From a virus: a stretch of DNA of 64,000 nt. The notes below the pieces were generated by a model. It saw only the letters and a list, made by a program, of their open reading frames with translations, did not search any database and was not told the DNA's origin. The translations under genes and the position numbers were made by a program. Below, in pieces: positions 59,811 through 64,000 of this stretch (within the stretch, counting starts at the first letter, position 1; each line of letters opens with the position of its first letter). Where the stretch lies: positions 1-64,000 of IMG/VR virus record IMGVR_UViG_3300045988_093513, one strand, 5' to 3'.

Positions 59811-60119
59811 TTACCCATGCATGAACTGCTGAACAGTGTTGTACATCCAACGTCTCGGCACGGTTTCCGTGGTATCGAAGTTGATAACTTCAGGATGCTT
59901 GTTCACCATTGCCGGACGGAGAGAATCTCTCAGCCATTCATGTTTAGTGGATACTACGGTAGTTTTACCGAACATCTGTGTAAGTTTAGTTTTATCTGGG
60001 TCGAGGTTGGTAATGAAGTCAGACATATCTCTAACAGTACCAACGACGTTATAAGAGCGAAGGGCAGAACCTTTATTATGCGGGGCTGCTGCACCTGTAG
60101 CTGGCATACCTACTGCCAT
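59811..60119 (-). CDS. Major capsid protein, 5' exon (N-terminal about 100 aa)
   Basis: Same frame phase as the 3' exon. Terminated by a TAA that I infer lies inside the intron. Confidence 0.45.
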   Translation of the reverse strand: MAVGMPATGAAAPHNKGSALRSYNVVGTVRDMSDFITNLDPDKTKLTQMFGKTTVVSTKHEWLRDSLRPAMVNKHPEVINFDTTETVPRRWMYNTVQQFMHG

Positions 60120-60142
60120 TGAGCTGTTACCTCTCTTTCAAT

Positions 60143-60829
60143 TTATACGCCAAGCTCTTTCGCAAACCTAGATACGTATGCCGCCTGTTGGTCGTTAGTC
60201 ATCTGACCAAGCGCAGCGTAGTCCATAGTTTTCTGTGCCTGTGGCATTGCACCACGGTTATTTGTCGGTTCGACATACGGTGGACGTACCTGCGGCTGGA
60301 CAGGCCGAGGCATAGGCTGCGGAGCCTGCTGTGGCTGGTTGCCACGATGATAATACATATTCGATACGGCCTGCATGTAATTGTCAAGCACTTCCGCGTT
60401 ACCAGTCTTGAGAGCGTCCTGTACTTCCACATACATTTTGTACGGGAGGTTCTGGAGACTACTCAGAGCGAGCTGGTTAATCGTGTCGAAGTTCGGGTCT
60501 TGTCTGTATTTATTAGCAACAGATGCAATTCTTTGAGAAGCAGCTGCCTTTTCGGCTTCCTGCTGTTTCATTTCGTTAACCCTCTGTAGGGTGGCTGCTT
60601 TGACATTACCAACTTCATTGACATATGCTGCCATATGTTTACTGTTGTACTCGTCAAAATCTTCACCAAAGAGCTGTTTAACTCGGTCTTTGCAATACGT
60701 ATCAACCTGGTCGAGGTACGCTCTCTGGTCAGCCATAGCACGCTGCTGTACTTCTTCTGGGGACATCTGCGGCTGCTGGGGCTGAACATTCTGGGGCTGA
60801 GGGTTGTTCGCAAACTGCTGCATCATCAT
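60143..60829 (-). CDS. Gln-rich alpha-helical scaffolding-like protein. Possibly exon 2 of a split scaffold gene.
   Basis: Q/P-rich ends. The frame stays open about 66 nt upstream of the MMM start and encodes a matching QQRQ-rich sequence. Confidence 0.4.
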   Translation of the reverse strand: MMMQQFANNPQPQNVQPQQPQMSPEEVQQRAMADQRAYLDQVDTYCKDRVKQLFGEDFDEYNSKHMAAYVNEVGNVKAATLQRVNEMKQQEAEKAAASQRIASVANKYRQDPNFDTINQLALSSLQNLPYKMYVEVQDALKTGNAEVLDNYMQAVSNMYYHRGNQPQQAPQPMPRPVQPQVRPPYVEPTNNRGAMPQAQKTMDYAALGQMTNDQQAAYVSRFAKELGV

Positions 60830-61161
60830 CTGTCGCTGCTGTTCGAGAGCCTGACGCTGAGCTGCGAGTTCCTGTGTTTTCCTAGTGTCTTAACCTTCGA
60901 GTAAAGTCGTTAATTTTACCCCGTCATTCCACAGGAGAATGACTGCTGCATATTTCTATGCAGAAGAGACTATTTCTTCACCTTCTCCTTTCAGAGGTCA
61001 GGTGTCTGGCACTTCCGTCCACTTGGACGTACTCCCTGCAACGGGATAGTCGTTACGGGTTCCCAGCATAGCTGGGCTTCCCACGAGATTGCCCTCGTCT
61101 TTACGTTAGGGTGTTCCTCGTTTTCACCAGATTTAAATCAAGGATTTCTCCAAGAAGTGAC

Positions 61162-61569
61162 CTATTTTGTTAAGTCAGCCTGTCGCATATAACCATTACG
61201 CATTTCATCCATAGAAACCTGTACGTCCTGTCCATCTACACGGACAGTCTGCATTTCCGGCTGCGGCTGTGGTACTTCCTGCGGCTGTTCTTGGACGGGT
61301 TCTGGTTCATCATCATAGTCGCCTGTCGGTTCTCCGAAAAAGGCGTCGGCAAAAGTGACGTCCCCGTTCTCGTCAATACCAAATGCAGGTTCATCAGCGT
61401 CATTGTTCTGCGGTGCAGTCTGCGCATCCGGTGTTTCCACTGGCGCAGTTGTTGCAGGAACAGGTTCCTGAGCTGGTTCTACCATTGGCATTCCGTTCTG
61501 CATTTCTTCCATAAATTCCTCCTTTTTGCACTCCGTAAAGGTTGGTGCAGTAAAATATATATACGCCAA
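61162..61569 (-). CDS. Acidic scaffolding-like protein (TTG start). Possibly exon 1 of a split scaffold gene.
   Basis: A 135-aa highly acidic, Pro/Gln/Glu-rich protein. It sits between the portal-side genes and the capsid gene. Confidence 0.4.
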   Translation of the reverse strand: MAYIYFTAPTFTECKKEEFMEEMQNGMPMVEPAQEPVPATTAPVETPDAQTAPQNNDADEPAFGIDENGDVTFADAFFGEPTGDYDDEPEPVQEQPQEVPQPQPEMQTVRVDGQDVQVSMDEMRNGYMRQADLTK

Positions 61570-61726
61570 TAACCATGCAAAATTTGTTCGTTAAATAACG
61601 AGGTTTTACACGGTTTTGACGAAATTAACTGGCACGGATTGCTAGAATCGAACTAGCGAATTGCTGGGTCAAAGCCAGCCGCCTTCACCACTTGGCTAAA
61701 CCCGTATCACTATTTGTATAAGAAAA

Positions 61727-62563
61727 CTACCTATTATTCTGGTTGTATGCACGCAATGCATTAAATCCACGGATAAGTGGGTCGTGTTCATCGTGATATG
61801 CAGACGGGTTTGCATCCCTGTATGTCTGAGCATCAAGCTGATAATAGTCAGCAGGGCTAGGCTGTGCATAAGCGTTATCCATAGCGTAGTAGTCTGCTAC
61901 GGAATTACCTGGCATATCGAAGCCTTCAGAAGAACCAGTGGAACCAGAGTCATCTGGTACACCAAGCGCCATAGCATCCTGAGCAGCTGCCGGTCCATAG
62001 TTCTGCCGCATAGCAGCTTCATACTCCATCTGCTTACGAAGTTTTTCTCTTTCATACGCTTCATACTGAGCCTGTGTATGGTCGATACCACCATTGTTTA
62101 CAAGGTATTCATGCATACCCCAGTTCATCGGTGTCTTATCACGGTTAGCAATTTGTTCGTCTGTCCATCCTGCGTCTTTCATAAGCTGAATACCTCTATC
62201 GTTGATAGTATCGCCAGTATTAGCATATGTCAGCGGTGCATTAGGTGTACCAGAAGGTAAATTACGTGTAGCAAATTCATAAGAACCGGCCTTAGGTGTC
62301 GGCTTCAGCTGACTACCGTTATCGATAGCTGCCTGCCCACGGTTAGCGGACCGTACCCAAGCGTTACTATCATCACGGGTCGGTGCCATAAACCTATTAC
62401 GAATACGTTCACGCTCTTTGTCATATTCAGACATGGGAGCGTTTTCCTGTGCAGTTGGCGTACTGCCATGAATCTGATTGTAAACATCTGTGAGAGCTTT
62501 AGCTGCTTCATATCTTTGAACATCCGCCTGTCGAGGGATACTCCTCGTATACTTAATTGCCAT
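61727..62563 (-). CDS. Hypothetical head-assembly protein (278 aa)
   Basis: ORF with an AGGAGG RBS. Confidence 0.45.
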   Translation of the reverse strand: MAIKYTRSIPRQADVQRYEAAKALTDVYNQIHGSTPTAQENAPMSEYDKERERIRNRFMAPTRDDSNAWVRSANRGQAAIDNGSQLKPTPKAGSYEFATRNLPSGTPNAPLTYANTGDTINDRGIQLMKDAGWTDEQIANRDKTPMNWGMHEYLVNNGGIDHTQAQYEAYEREKLRKQMEYEAAMRQNYGPAAAQDAMALGVPDDSGSTGSSEGFDMPGNSVADYYAMDNAYAQPSPADYYQLDAQTYRDANPSAYHDEHDPLIRGFNALRAYNQNNR

Positions 62564-63999
62564 TAATAACCTCCTACTCCATTAGTCGGTTCAGCAGGTG
62601 CGCCATTAGGAACCCTATTATCGGCTGGCTGCTGACCAATTTGTTTGTCTGGAGAGAGGGCGTCACTACCTTGTCGCACAGTAGAAGTGACCGCTCCTCC
62701 TGCTCCTTGTGGTGCAGATACATTCTGCATAGGAACCGTACTCTGACCAGTGTTGTTTGTATTTGTTGGTAACGTATGATTCAAGAATACTACCTGCACA
62801 TAGGGGGGGAGTGAGTAGAGAACCTGAATCGGTAACGAGCCATACTGGAAGTAGTAAGCCACAACATCAGGGGGGAGAGTCTGAAGTGTTGCCTGAATGA
62901 TTTGTGCTTCAAGCATAGTACGCTGTTGCGCAACAACAGGGTCAGTAATATAGTCACCTGTATTTTTAATACCCATATTTTCCATCCAACGTTTCGTGAT
63001 GTTATAAATGTTATGTGGAGTTGCAACCGCAACACCAGTAGCGTTTACTTGCATGATAGCAGTCATGAGCGTCTGAAGCTGGGTATTCATAGCTTCTTTA
63101 CTCTGGATGGAGAGACCAGCGTTTACAACCAGATCGAAAGAGCCAGACAAGTCATCTGGTTTGATTTCCATTGGTTCCCCTGTTAATCGAATAACAGTGT
63201 TTTGGTCAATAAACTTTTGGTTCAAAGATATAAGAAAACGATATAGTTCATATACACCCGTTTCAGCAAACATACGAGCAATAAGTTCCAGTCGCTGATT
63301 AGATGCATTCATGATGGTATTGATACCGCTTGCTGTGTTATGTGTTACGGTATAGTGTTTGCCTACGCAGAACTGACCATCTTCGGCATCAACAGTTAAA
63401 CACCGCATTGGAATAATATCGGTCGGTTCGATTAATACTATTTTAACCCTATCAACACTACGTTTAGACTGTACATACTTGTTTGCTTTTCGGCTTAATC
63501 TAAATGGATTATCGAGGCAACTAATAGTTAAATGCCAATATGTACGACCTTCTTTAGCTAACTTGCCAGGGAATTGCTCTGACTTAGAATAATTCCAGCC
63601 AAAGGAACAAATCAAGCGTTCTACATCGTCCAATAACTGCCCGTTTGCTTGAGAGAAAATAGCCAACGAACCAGAATGGTGACAACCATCAGTGTCCATA
63701 AGTCCACGAAGAAGTTCCATACGCTGTCTATAAGAAGCACTAAAGAAAATCTCCGGTATGTGTTTACAGTTATCTTTCATGTCGTCGTATCTTGCATCGC
63801 GGGCAATGTGTAGTTTTCTAAGGATGGTGTGCAAGTCTGTGCCAACTATGTCATACGTAATAGCCTTTCCTGCGTTTTGGTGTGAAGACGGTCTGATAAA
63901 ACCACCTCTGAACTTTGCCCATTCGGACATGGCGTCCACTATTTCTTTATCCATTGAGGTAAAGCGATTGGTGTGTAAGCAGCCGTCGCCCAAGAACAC
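62563..63999 (-). CDS. Intein-containing packaging/structural protein (portal or large-terminase-like). The 5' part is outside the window.
   Basis: The ORF runs to the window edge. The N-terminal 221 aa seen are the C-terminal part of an intein. The remainder is the C-extein. Confidence 0.55.
   Translation of the reverse strand: MFLGDGCLHTNRFTSMDKEIVDAMSEWAKFRGGFIRPSSHQNAGKAITYDIVGTDLHTILRKLHIARDARYDDMKDNCKHIPEIFFSASYRQRMELLRGLMDTDGCHHSGSLAIFSQANGQLLDDVERLICSFGWNYSKSEQFPGKLAKEGRTYWHLTISCLDNPFRLSRKANKYVQSKRSVDRVKIVLIEPTDIIPMRCLTVDAEDGQFCVGKHYTVTHNTASGINTIMNASNQRLELIARMFAETGVYELYRFLISLNQKFIDQNTVIRLTGEPMEIKPDDLSGSFDLVVNAGLSIQSKEAMNTQLQTLMTAIMQVNATGVAVATPHNIYNITKRWMENMGIKNTGDYITDPVVAQQRTMLEAQIIQATLQTLPPDVVAYYFQYGSLPIQVLYSLPPYVQVVFLNHTLPTNTNNTGQSTVPMQNVSAPQGAGGAVTSTVRQGSDALSPDKQIGQQPADNRVPNGAPAEPTNGVGGY
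63337..63999 (-). mobile_element. Intein (partial) with a LAGLIDADG homing-endonuclease domain
   Basis: Blocks FLGDGCLH and LRGLMDTDGCH (LAGLIDADG x2). C-terminal splicing block LTVDAEDGQFCVGKHYTVTHN followed by the +1 Thr. Confidence 0.65.
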
Positions 64000-64000
64000 A

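Overview
This window is a segment of a virulent dsDNA bacteriophage genome, about 40% GC, with strong Shine-Dalgarno sites and sigma-A/sigma-70-type promoters. I cannot call the host: the SD strength and TTGACA-17-TATAAT promoters look Firmicutes-like, but a GH25 endolysin with no cell-wall-binding domain also fits a Gram-negative host. The window has four blocks.

- **1-700:** repeat-rich noncoding leader.
- **700-8453 (+ strand):** early operon encoding small unknowns, two amidoligase (COOH-NH2 ligase) domain proteins, an Ntn class-II glutamine amidotransferase and an SNF2 helicase. It ends at a bidirectional terminator.
- **8502-23056 (- strand):** replication and nucleotide-metabolism block. 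It contains a metallophosphatase, class II (B12-type) RNR, a divergent ThyX-like protein, Hjc-like resolvase, Cas4/RecB-like nuclease, T7 gp4-like primase-helicase, Rad52/Sak annealing protein and a DnaE-type Pol III alpha. It is driven from a divergent promoter hub at 23087-23315 that also carries tandem duplicated consensus promoters pointing rightward.
- **24858-63999 (- strand):** virion and lysis block. It holds the following, read from the high-coordinate end.
  - A portal/terminase-like gene interrupted by a LAGLIDADG intein.
  - Scaffold-like genes.
  - A major capsid gene split by a LAGLIDADG-HEG insertion, probably a group I intron.
  - Connector and tail genes.
  - A four-gene metabolic island (radical-SAM/SPASM enzyme, Glt/SDF-family transporter, PLP Cys/Met-family enzyme, QueC-like PP-loop ATPase) among the tail-fibre genes.
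  - Tail fibres.
  - A holin/GH25-endolysin lysis cassette.
  - Internal-virion-like proteins: a lytic transglycosylase and a 4034-aa giant protein with a zincin HExxH motif.

The most notable candidates are below.

- The amidoligase/GATase/SNF2 early cluster together with the late-region rSAM/PLP/QueC-like/transporter island and the non-canonical ThyX. I infer a nucleobase or DNA hypermodification system.
- The selfish elements: one intein, one HEG intron, and a possible second, ORF-less intron in the scaffold gene.
- A promoter-driven ~600-nt ORF-poor transcript.
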